Position numbers and translations under genes: made by a program. The notes under the pieces were generated by a model that made no database searches, was not told where the DNA came from, and saw only the letters and a list, made by a program, of their open reading frames with translations. From Octopus vulgaris (lineage: Eukaryota): a DNA stretch of 64,000 bases. Numbering within the stretch: position 1 is the stretch's first letter; every line of letters starts with the position of its first letter. The stretch spans positions 37,820,001 through 37,884,000 of the forward strand of contig OX597818.1 in the NCBI GenBank assembly GCA_951406725.2, read 5' to 3'. Of the stretch, positions 53,091 to 64,000 are shown piece after piece.

Positions 53091-56000
53091 GATCTCCTCG
53101 AGAACAGCGGGTCACTCTACAATCCAAGGTTTTCTTTTTAATAATTAACAAATTATAGAGTAAAAGAAATTATGGGAGGAATTATAATTTATTCACTTTT
53201 TGCTTCAATTTGGAGTAACGAAACATTTCAGAAAACAAGAAAAAAGTGTTCATATTGTGAATATCAATATAACAATAACATCATGGAAATTGATTTCAGA
53301 TAAACTGTTTGTAAATACTGGCTACCAAGCAAAACAGAAAACTGTAATATAGAAATTGAGTGTATGGAAATTTTTACAACAGGATACTTTGTAAATACAA
53401 CATTGTGCAATTATCATGAATGATGATAATCAGATTTTATTACTTTGATATACCTTTATAAATTCTCTTTTTTACATCCATCTGTCAATACAAGCATAGA
53501 TGGATTAACAAATTCTCTTTCAGATATTGACATGAATTAGAAGACTTGTAGTTTTCAATTTGAATGGTCTTTTACTGTACACCAAATCATTAACATGAAG
53601 AGGTAAAATGTTCAACAAATATTTATACTAGCCATATTCCTAGTATGAACTTATAACATTTCATTCAATAACATTCATAGATTTTATAATTAAATATATA
53701 ATTTATAATAAATATACAACACAACCATACCCACACTGTTGAATACCAGAGCTATCATATAATTTCAAATTCAAATCTTCCAACCACAACAGACGAAGAA
53801 CTAGGAAACTGAAATTATCCAACTTTTGTGTAAAATAATATCTGAAAGCTTTCGTGAGAATGCTAAGAAATAAAATAACACCTAATAAGCTTGAAATAAC
53901 TCTTCATTCTATTTTCAAACTAGGTACAACTAATATATATCTATTTGTATTGAGGTCAGCTTTCTTAAGATTCTAGTTGTATTCCACTTCAAAGACATTG
54001 TGTTTACATGTGCAAAAGCTGTCTTTTAGTAAAAGCTGAAGACATAATGCCAAGTAACTCATCAAAATATTTATGCATAACCACAGACTTCATCTACACA
54101 TCAGCATTTAAAAGGAGTTCAATGGACAGCACTTTGGCTCAGACTCAAAGCCAAAACAATGTTCCTTGGCTATACAGTGCAACAGCAATTCACATTACTA
54201 AATTTTACCTTTCTATAGAGCCAATCTAAAGTTAAGTTGACTGGTCCAGGAAAGATAGTATTTAAGCACAAGTAAAGGAATATATGCTGTTAATCTTTTG
54301 GCTCATAAGCTGACATCCCACAGACCAAGCCAGTTGCAGCTCTTTATTAGAATTATACCTCATACCAAAAGATAAGTTTCTACAAGAATGATATCACATA
54401 AACGAAAACTGATATCAATTCTTTTATCTTTTACTTGTTTCAATCTTTGAACCCTGAAGTGTTTTAATCGAATGAATCGACCTCAATGCTTATCTTTTTT
54501 TAAGCTTGTACTTATTCTATTGATCTTGTGTGCCAAACTGCAAAGTTATGGGATTGTAAATAAATAACAAACCAATAATGGTTGTTAAGTGGTGGTGCAG
54601 GACAATTTCAAGCACACACACACAAACATATATGATGGACTTCTTTCATTTTCTGTCTACCAAATCTTTGGTTGGCCTGGGTCTATGGTAGAAGACAGTA
54701 GCCTAATGTGCTACACAGTAGGTCTGAAACCAAAACTATGTGACTGGGAACCAAACTTCATACCACGCAGCCATGCATGAAAAAAGAAACTTGCCTGAAG
54801 ATATCCATCAACCAAAAACTGTTAAAACATTCAAGCGTTTCAAACTAACTTGCAATCAAAATAGCATTTCTGTTTCCAGGAAATAGAAATGCTCTCTTTG
54901 AAATAATCACTCTCAGAGAAAAGATATAAAATGTGGTTTTGAATATTTGACCAAGAGGAATCTTCAGTCAGAATTGAAGAGCTAGGAGATATAATAAATA
55001 GAATGATACTATATAGTACTGCAAAGTACATAGTATAATATACAGTTTGATGCATATCTGAATCAGCTTTGAATTAACATATTAAAATTAATTTTTTAAT
55101 GTTTTCCTTTCGCATAATGATTCTGAAAACAAGAGACTCTTTAGCAGTTGATGTCAACTCCAGCTTTTGCACTTATGAAGTTTTCATTTAAGGAAGAAAG
55201 AAAAACATAACCCATTCTCATTTCGTTGTCATACACAACCTGCCAGCCATTAATAAATTCTCAAAGAATAAGAGTATAATTAAATCAATAAGATCACCAG
55301 CTAAATTAATTCATAAAAATTAGTGATATATACAATGCTATAATCATCTATTAAAATCAAATACTTTACAACATAAAGAGAGTAATATCTATAGTATCAT
55401 TTTGCAGAAAAATATTTTCTCTTTTTATATTGGAAAAAATATTTTTCAAATACATCATATTCGTTAATTACATTAGAATATCATAGTGTGTTTGAATAAT
55501 ACAGAATTATAACTATTTTAATATAATTATATTCAATTTCACTTTATAACATGAATTTTTCTTATAGCTTCAAACTTTCAACATTTTCCTCAATTTCCTC
55601 TAAACAAGGAGCGTTTGCAAAGAAATTCCATCACTATTAGAAATTGTAAAAGTTACAGAAATAAATTTGAAGGCAATACTTGTCATGTCTTTGGAAGAAT
55701 GATGCCATACTCCTTCCTCCATATCAGAACTTACTCCCAAACAACAGACACTGACACAAACATACAAGATATCTTAACAGATTGATTTATTATGTCTTCT
55801 CCTTAGCCAGCATTTCAGGCCAACATCATAAGAAATCTAATCTGACCCTTTATCAATAAGTAGATAGGCAGCATAAATGTTATGGTTGCATTAGGCTTAT
55901 TAACTTAATCTGACCTATAAAGAATTATAATTGTCCATAACAAGCAGTCAAAACAAATTTTGATATAAAGAAAAATTAACTGGATTTTTGTTCCTTAATG

Positions 56001-56099
56001 ATGGATGGATGGATGGATATAACATGAAAGTAAAATGTATATCTTGGACTATAGTCATCACATTCAGAATACTACATTGAGTTTTTCTAATTATTTACG

Positions 56100-56953
56100 C
56101 TACATAAAATGACAGTCATCCCAGGAAATAGTTTCAACACAATCACTGACTTTTAATTGGTCATGTAAATCACCTTTGTTGGTATCCAGATTATTGCAAG
56201 AGGCAGACGAAATATCAAATAAATTGCCAAAGTCAGATTCAAGAATGCTACTGCTTGTGCTTGTCGAAAACATAGATGATAACTTTTCAGGACCATCTTG
56301 TTTGGTAGTAAAGTTATTCTGTGACAATGACTTCCTTGACAATATATTAGGTTTTCTACGAGAGTAAATTGAATTTGAATCTAAATTGGATAAAAATGTT
56401 TGGTCCTCTTCCTCAGTTAATTCTGGGAAACCACTGTCTAAAGAACTGTCACAAATGTTTGGCACTGAGGTTACAGATGGTTTTTGAGTAAGAGGTAAAG
56501 AAGAAGACATTATGTCTAAACTGGTGTTCGAAATAGATTGTACCACTTTAGGCCTTAGTTCCTTGTTCAATGAAAATGAATCTTCTATAACGGAGGAGTC
56601 TAGTGGATTCATTTCCTTCAAAACAAATTTCTGTTTACGCCGATTCTTCTTATTAGCTGGAGGTTTCTGCTCCTGAAAATGATGATCTGAGAGTAAAGAT
56701 TTCTTTGTGGTTGTGTTCAAATTCATATTTGCTTTAAGACACAAACGTTTGCTGCTATGTTGCTCAGCCGTTTCTTGAGGTAAAGACTGTAGGTGTTCTT
56801 CAGCCAAGTTTTGAGATTTGCTGAGAGAATTTTGATCAAACAATAAAAGATCTTTTACTGAAATTTGGTGATTATTTGATGCTGGTAAAATTGGTGTGGA
56901 AGTAAGAGGATACCTTTGTGAAGTTGGAATTTCAGTGCTTGACATTAAATTAC
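56100..56953 (-). CDS. FOXM1: FoxM1-like protein, large terminal exon
   Basis: Acceptor ttttctatatttgcag and an 854-nt open frame to TAG. Ser/Thr-rich, with an STP site, an RRKQ motif and an acidic C-terminus ending ISWDD, as in the FoxM1 transactivation tail. The exon is solid; the gene name is by motif recognition. Confidence 0.75.
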
Positions 56954-57128
56954 CTGCAAATATAGAAAATAAAAAAAAAATATCAGTATATACAACCAAT
57001 TAATAAAATCAATACAAAACAGATTTGAAAATATGTTTCTGTAAAAAGTTTTTTAAATGCAAAGCAAAATTGAAACAAATTCACATCTTAATTTCCACAT
57101 TAATCTTAGCCATAAATAAAAATAGTGA

Positions 57129-57695
57129 AGGCGCATGGCTCAGTGAGGTTGTGAGCTCGAATCCCAGACCAGGCTGCATGTTGTGTTCTTGAGCAAGACC
57201 CTTTATTTCACGTCACTCCAGTTCACTCGGCTGTAGAAATGAGTTGTGACGTCACAGGTGCCAAGCAGTATCAGCCTTTGCCTTTTCCTTGAATAACATC
57301 AGTGGTGTGGAGAGGGGTGGCTGGTATGTATGGGCCACTGCTGGTCTTCCATAAACAACCTTGCCCGGACTTGTGCCTGGGAGGGTAACTTTCTAGGTGC
57401 AATCCCATGGTCTGTGTCGTGACCGAAGGGGGTCTCAGAAAATAATAATAAATGTTCCTTCTCGAGCCATGACAGGCTCATAAGGGCCAGTTTCCCGGTT
57501 TCAGTGGCGTAGAAATTCCCCACCTGTACGGGACGCCGGTCCGTTGAAGGATTACTCATTTTTGCCAGCTGAGTGGACTGGAGCAACGTGAAATGTGTTT
57601 TGCTCAAGAACTCAACGAATCGCTTGGTCCAGGAATCAAAACCACAACCTTACGATCATGAGTTCAATACTCTAGCCACTAAGCCACGCGTCTCC
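57129..57695. mobile_element. Two tRNA-derived SINEs (family C types) tail to tail; head-only copy at 32575-32672, related head at about 26330-26410(-)
   Basis: Head GGCGCATGGCTCAGTG...TCGAATCC...GTGTTCTTGAGCAAG on + (57129-57435) and a reverse head on - (57455-57695). Confidence 0.7.
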
Positions 57696-58594
57696 ACAAT
57701 CTTAACCATAGATCTGAATAAACCTATTATAAATGTTAAAGGAAATTTTTTAAGGGATAACATTACGTATTACAAAAGATACTGAGAAAATGTTTAGTGA
57801 TACTGAGTTATGGCCCTTTATATTCTTGCCTATCATCATTCTGGTGTGGTCCCGTACAGTGACAATATAATCAATTGTTTCTAAGTACCAGTTATGCACA
57901 GGGGATCGATGTAATTGACAATCCCCATTCTACCAAAAAATTTTCAAGGTCTTGTGCCTAGAATAGAAATAATTATAAATGCAGCAAGCTGGCAGAAACG
58001 TTAGCGCACCAGGCGAAATGTTTGTCCTCTCTGTGTGTAGCCCCTTGTGGGTAGTAAAGAAATAGGTATTTCGTCTGTCTTTGCACTCTGAGTTCAAATT
58101 CTGCCTAAGTCAACTTTGCCTTTCATCCTTTTGGGGTCGATAAATTAAGTATCAGCTGTGTACTGGGGTTGATCTAATCGACTGCCCTCCCCACCCCCAC
58201 TCAAAAAAAATTTCAGGCCTTATGCCTAGAGTAGAAAAGAATATAATCAATTATTCCCTAGCTTCAATTTTGAGGCCTTGTAACAATGTCTGGAACCAAT
58301 ATTAGGTTAGAGAGAAAGAAACTCCTTCAGAGGAGTGCATAAGTCAGTGGACTGTTACGAGAAGAATGAAAAGCAGCTCAAAAATGCATGACTGAGAAAT
58401 TAAAATGGTGAAGGAATTGTGAGTGGTTAGACAGTATGGTACATCTTCAACATTCAGAATTACTTTGTTTTATTTCATTTATAAAATAATATTAATTTAG
58501 GACATTAATGACTAATCACCTATAAAATTTATACACCAACAACATTTAAAAATGTGCAAATCTGTTCAGCTGATTGCAGCATTTAAACAAATAA

Positions 58595-59392
58595 TACAGT
58601 TCTATATTTAAGAGATGAGGAATTATGTACATTATTTACATTTGACAGCTGATATACCCTCCAGCCTTCTTCAGGTGTCTTGGGGAAATTTCGAACCTAG
58701 ATTCTCATTCCTAAGGTATTTTTCAATGTTGTTGTTGTTCTTCTTGTTCTTCTTATTATTATTAATTATTATTCAGGTCACTGCCTGGAATCGAACTCGG
58801 GGGTTAGTAGCCTGTGCTCTTAACCACTACACCATCTGTCCGATGGCAATTATGGAGTGAATTTTAGGGTTTATAAATCTAATATTTTCCTATCCCTCCT
58901 TAATACCAGTTCTTATATGCTATTCATATCTGCACTCAGCCTGCTTAGGAGGTTGCTATGTCCTAGCATATGTGCTGCTCCTTTAGTTTTTGTATTTTCC
59001 AGTGGTGTTCTCTGTCTATTAACAACACTGGAAAATATGATAACTAAAAGAAGCAGCACATATTCTGGGATACAACAACCTCCTAAGCAGACTGAGTGCA
59101 GATATGAATAGCATATAGGAACCGGTAGTAAAGAAGGATAGGAAAATATTAGATTTATAAGCCCTAAAATTCATTCCATAATTGCCCAACATTCCGAGTT
59201 CGATTTCAGGCAGTGACCTGAATAATAATAATACTAATAACAACATCGAAAAATACCTTGGGAATGAGAACCCAGGTTCGAAATTTCCCCCAAGACACCT
59301 GATGAAGGCTGGAGGGTATATCAGCCGAAATGTTGTGTTAACAACAAACAAGATGAGGACAAATATCCGTCAAATATAAATAACGTAAATAA
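58595..59392. mobile_element. About 800-bp palindromic Penelope-like pLTR pair
   Basis: Arms at about 58621-59005 and 59025-59394 are reverse complements. Flanking direct repeat TTAAACAAATAA (58583-58594, 59393-59404). Contains a hammerhead motif. Confidence 0.8.
59294..59339 (+). ncRNA. Minimal type-I hammerhead ribozyme motif (Penelope type)
   Basis: GACAC-CTGATGA-A-GGCTG...CAGCC-GAAA-TG-TT-GTGTT. Stems I and II pair, and stem III is minimal with a probable C-to-T decay. Confidence 0.65.
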
Positions 59393-60374
59393 TTAAACAA
59401 ATAACTTTGAAAGAAAATAAATTCTCTCCCTTTCCCTCTAATAATAATCCATTCTACTATAGGCACAAGGCCTGGAATGTGTGGAGAGCAGGATAGTCAA
59501 TTACATCAACTTTAATTTAACAACCACAATTGGATGAAAGGCAAAGTCGAACCCGGCAGAATTTGAAGTCAGAACGCTAAGCATTTTGCCTGGCCTGCTA
59601 ACGATTCTGCCAGCTGACCACCTTAACCTATGTATACCCCTGGTTGCATTTTCAGAACACAAACCTGCTCCTACTTGTTTGGACATGAACTCACTGGGAA
59701 GCATCTGGCTGAGCATACGAAATGTTCAGCAGGTAATCGACACCTGTAGCTAGCAGTTCACCTGTAGCTATCCTTCTCATTCAGATTGTGAAAGCTTACC
59801 ATAACGTTTAATCTAAATACAGTGAAATTTTAAGACTTCATTTTTTTATGGGCATATATGGGTTAATAATAATAAAGATAATAATAATCATAAATAACCC
59901 GTGCTAATGGATCGCTAAGAGTACCATACGAGCGTGATCATTGCCAGAGCAACAAGCTGGCCTCCGTACTGGTGGCGCGCAAAAAATGCCATTCGAGCGT
60001 AATTGTTACCTGCGTCGCCTTACTGGCACATTCGAGTGAGTTCGTTGCCAGTGCCGCTGGACTGGCTCCGGTGCAGGTGGCACATAAAAAGCACCATTTG
60101 AGCGTGGCCGTTGCCAGTACTGCCTGACTGGCTCTCGTGCCGGTGGCACGTAAAAGCACCCACTATGCTCTCGGAGTGTTTGGTGTTAGGTAGGGCATCC
60201 AGTTGTAGAAACTCTGCCAGATCAAGATTGGAGCCTGGTGCAGCCATCTGGTTCGCCAGACCCCAGTCAAATCGTCCAACCCATGCTAGCATGGAAAGCA
60301 GACATTAAACGATGATAATGATGATGATGATGGTGAAAAGGAAAAAGACAAAGAAAATTTGTCTAAAGACTTAC

Positions 60375-60539
60375 CTGTACAGTTTTTGACTGGATTTGTA
60401 GTTGAAATTGTTGGTAATTGGATAATAAGAGGAGTAGACATAGTCGAGGGATTCTGAAGTGTCAGATTATTGGTGTGTATGGGAATTAAGGCATAAGCTT
60501 GAGGTGCTACATTAGGGCGAGGTAAGATCAAAGGAGGCT
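60375..60539 (-). CDS. FOXM1: FoxM1-like protein, internal exon (EPPLILPRPNVAPQAYALIPIHTNNLTLQNP...)
   Basis: ttttttag acceptor and ACAG|gtaagt donor, 165 nt, phase 1-1. The spliced RRKEPPLILPR...YALIPI...NLTLQNP resembles the post-forkhead FOXM1 segment RRKMKPLLPR..YLVPI..NQSLVLQP. The forkhead domain itself is not in the window. Confidence 0.72.
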
Positions 60540-61256
60540 CTAAAAAACAGAGAAATATATGTGTGTGTGTGTGTGAATAAAAGTCTTTCAAAACAACAAA
60601 AATAAAAAATTGAAATTTTCACAAGAAAATGTCATCTTCAAACATTTGAGAAGTAAAAGAAAACAAGATTTTTCTTCTCTGCAGGCTGTGTGGTAAGAAG
60701 TTTGCTTCTGAACCACATGGTTCCAGGTTCAATTCCACTGTGTAGCACCTTAGACATGTATCCTCTACTCTAGCCCCAGGCCAACCAAAGCATTGGGAAT
60801 GGATTTGGTGGATGGAAACTCATTGTGTGTGTGTGTGTGTTGGTTTGTTTACATTCCCATAACTTAGCAGTTTGGCAAAAGTAGCCACTAGAATATGTAC
60901 TAGGCCTAAGAACAAGAAAATACTGGTGCCGAGCCATGTCTGCACCTAAAATATAGCCTAACACTGCTTGGAAGAAATAATAATCAAAGTAAGAAACTAA
61001 TTAGTTGACATTGAATTATTTTGGCTTGAATGTTTGAAGAATAAAAGGGAAGTTATCATATTAAAACCAATCTCAAAAATGTAAAAGAAATAATTTCAAA
61101 AAAGAAAAAAAAAAACAATATAAATTGGGTAACAGTCCTAGATCACTATAAATTTATAAATTTATTTTTTGCTATATGATTAGTTTTGCAATTAATTTAT
61201 TTTAACTGATGTTTATTGGGGAAGAGTACAGTGACTTGTATCAAATTATCATATTA

Positions 61257-61651
61257 CTAGCAGTATAGCCCGGCATTGCTTGGGTTTGTTTTGACCCTTT
61301 AGAATTGGAATTTTTGAAAAGTAAAAATTTTGCATTATGTAGCTTGTTATTCTCTTTCAGTGAACATTTTTCTGGTTGAAATACACAGAAAAATGGCGAC
61401 ACAGCAATAAAAAAATCATTAAAAAATAGGGATTTTCATAGAAAAAAAGCACCTTTTTGATGTAAATAATTTTTGGTGTTAACATGATCCGATATGAATT
61501 TTTTATTCTATGGAAGGAAGAGCGAGCCTTCTTCTATCATACTCTCAATTTTGGTCAACTTGCGCCGCAGGGTCTCGGAGGAGATAGTGTTAGTTGAAGG
61601 CTACCAAACCTGCCATACACAGACAACTTCAGCTTTATATATATAGAGAGA
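61257..61651 (-). mobile_element. Non-autonomous Helitron-like element, second copy
   Basis: Reverse complement of 10521-10912 with an intact CTAG end, inserted between A and T. Confidence 0.85.
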
Positions 61652-62035
61652 TTATTAATTACCATGCCATCTGTGCCGGTGACTTGTAAAAGGCACCCAG
61701 TACACTCAGTAAAGTGGTTGGCATTAACAAGGGCATCCAGCCATAGAAACCAAACCAAAACAGATGACCAGAGCCTGGTGCAGCTCTCCAGCTCACCAGT
61801 CCCAGTGTTCCACAACCAATTTTTCACAGCACATGACGATGCTAAGTGTGCCGCAGTTTTACCTGAATATAACTTTTTTCCTTATACTTTTAGCTATATT
61901 TTTAACTCAGGTGTGCCATCAAATTTTGAAAAGAATATAAGTGTACCACAAGTAAAAAAAAAAGGTTGTGGAGCATGAAAAACAGATGTTAAATGATGAT
62001 GATGATGAAGATGATTCAAAATTAAGAAAATAAAT

Positions 62036-62317
62036 TCTGTTGTGTCTGGGGAAAGTCATTTTCTTTTTGTGCCTTATAATTTAACACATTCACCGGTAAA
62101 ATTTCCATTTATTTCTTATTTTTATTTTCCTAAAATTTTCGTAAATTTTGTAAATTTTATTTTCCTAAAATTTTCAATAGTCAAGATTATTGAAAAGGTT
62201 GCAAGATGCAACGAAAATTTTAGGAAAATAAAAATAAGAAATAAGTGGAAATTTTACCGGTGAGTGTGTTACATTATAAGGCACAAAAAGAAAATGACTC
62301 TCCCCATGCACAACATA
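62036..62317. mobile_element. Palindromic (fold-back) element, probably a Penelope pLTR pair; single arm also at 22280-22392
   Basis: Inverted arms of about 115 bp, a central hairpin TTTTCAATAGTC-AA-GATTATTGAAAA, and GTTGCA/TGCAAC-GAAA resembling hammerhead stem II. Confidence 0.7.
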
Positions 62318-62433
62318 ATATGCTTCAACACACGAACTCATATAAAGAATCTTGCAAACCAAATCCAAAAACGAAAATAAACAAAAAAAATAAAAACCTA
62401 AAATAAAAGACAAAATTCAATATTCGCACTGAC

Positions 62434-62559
62434 CTTTACGTCTAGTATTAGCTTTTGTTTGACTGTTAATAGATAATTTCGGATGAGTTCCTGAAGAAAT
62501 CACAGATGGTATACTGCTCATAGTATTAACAACAGGAGACTGAGGTTTATACTTTGAAC
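62434..62559 (-). CDS. FOXM1: FoxM1-like protein, internal exon (SKYKPQSPVVNTMSS...ANTRRK)
   Basis: tttcag acceptor and AAAG|gtcagt donor, 126 nt, phase 1-1, joining in frame to the next exon. Confidence 0.65.
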
Positions 62560-63439
62560 CTGAAACATTTGAATGAGGAGAAAATTGGTTAAGGAAAGCA
62601 ATAAACATTTATAAATATTTTTATAATTAATTAACTGAATTGCCAAATATCCAAAATAGAAAATGCACCAAATTGTTAAAATTGAAAGGCAAACCTGAAA
62701 GAAAGTTAAAGATTGCAATGATAAATATAGCAAACCAACTAGAAGAAAGTCCATTTTAATTCTTTGTTTGAGATGTCTAGGTATTGAATGTAAATGTTGT
62801 TGCTTAAAGAATACAGTAGAGATTATGTATCAACTCACCTGGGAGATTAATTTATTTGTATTTATATCATATCTATCCAACATCTATGTTTATACGCAGT
62901 TTACAGATACATAATCATTGAAAATTCCTCTATAATAATTGGTTAATAAATATTACTAATTAGTTATTTTTCATTCTTTTGTTTCTTGCAGGCATGGCCA
63001 TGTGGTATGATCTTTGCTTCCCAACCACATCTCAGGTTCAACCCCACTGCTTAGCACCTTGGGCAAGTATCTTCTATTATAGCCCCGGGCTGACCAATAC
63101 CTTGTGAGTGGATTTGGTAGACAGAAACTGAAAGAAGCTCATTTTGTATGTATATACACAGACACATGTACCATAGGCTTCTTTCTGTTTCCTTCTACCA
63201 AAACCACTCACAAAGTTTTGGTCAGCTTTGGCTATAGTGGAAGAAACTCGCCCAAAGTGCTACACGATGGGACTGAACCTGAAACCATGGGGCTTGGGAG
63301 CAAACGCCTAACTACACAACCACACCTGCACCTATATATATTTCTTATCACTTTGAGTTTTGCTGGCTCAAATGTCACCTTCCAGTCAATAACCTAAGCT
63401 TTTATCTTGGTTTAAACTGTTTACTGCAATTCACTGCAT

Positions 63440-64000
63440 TTTGCAATTTACTGCATTTGGAATGTCAACAATGTCACATTTTAAACCCGAGAAACGTCTT
63501 GCCTAGTTTTACTGTCCCACTTATAGATTGTATTTGCAATGTTCGAATCAGTTGGTTGATTTCTTTTTCTGAAAATCTAAGCTTATTCAGACTGACAGTT
63601 AGGCATTTACTTACAAAACCAAGTGCTCCAATTATTATTAGTATAAATGTAAATTTGTAGTCAGGATATAAAAGCTGGAGGTTTTAAAGCAGTTGTCCAT
63701 AGTTATCTTCTCTCTGTTTGATTTTCAAAGAGATATTCACATTAGCAGGACAGCTGACCTCTATGATGGTACATATTTTTTCTTGTCTGTCCCAAACAAC
63801 AATATCTAACCTTGTCATGCTTACACTTAACAGATGTTTTGATGGGAATATTCCACCTGTATTCCTTGTGCTTGTATATGTGTATATATTCAATAACGGG
63901 GATTTTCTACATTTATTCCAGGACAGTCTTTTTTCCAAATGGCATTATATATTGTTTTTGTAACATCATGTCACATAGGGAGGTAGTACTTTGATGACAT
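63440..64000 (-). mobile_element. 3' part of an R4-clade LINE (restriction-like endonuclease domain)
   Basis: RLDIVVWDRQEKICTIIEVSCP...NI, IIIGALG and SGTVKLGKTFL. It shares the MSSxYYL segment with the 7.4-7.6 kb fragment. Confidence 0.85.

Noticed and set aside
62518-62885. Possible mini-exon MLDRYDINTNKLISQ|gtgagt splicing to a hydrophobic ORF at 62694
   Set aside because: It is out of phase with the FoxM1-like exon, has AT-rich low-information sequence, and has no supporting homology.

Overview
This is AT-rich animal genomic DNA saturated with microsatellites and SINEs. The repeat families and simple-repeat density look like an octopus (coleoid cephalopod), which is an inference from recognition, not a database result. 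Almost all entries in the ORF track are microsatellite artefacts. Two real spliced genes can be read by hand. (1) A complete + strand 5-coding-exon gene (37147-44700) encodes a 164-aa myophilin/transgelin/calponin-family CH-domain protein with no C-terminal calponin (CLIK) repeat. (2) A convergent - strand gene contributes its last three coding exons (62559-62434, 60539-60375, 56953-56100); it carries FoxM1-type motifs and its forkhead exons must lie beyond the right edge. The rest is mobile DNA: tRNA-derived SINE families (one with a Nin-like domain forming nested arrays), R4-clade, RTE, CR1-like and Penelope-like retroelement remnants, several Penelope-type minimal hammerhead motifs, a young non-autonomous LTR element with a tRNA-Trp PBS, mariner and Tigger transposase relics, hAT and pogo MITEs, Helitron-like elements, and three copies of a TIR element carrying internal TTAGGG repeats. 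I see no convincing wholly new gene system. The best leads are a SINE that repeatedly inserts into its own head at two fixed positions, the telomere-repeat MITE with an offset target duplication, the hammerhead-bearing palindromes, and a dense TAATC/GATTA cluster upstream of the CH-only gene. Repeat boundaries without a stated TSD or TIR are approximate.
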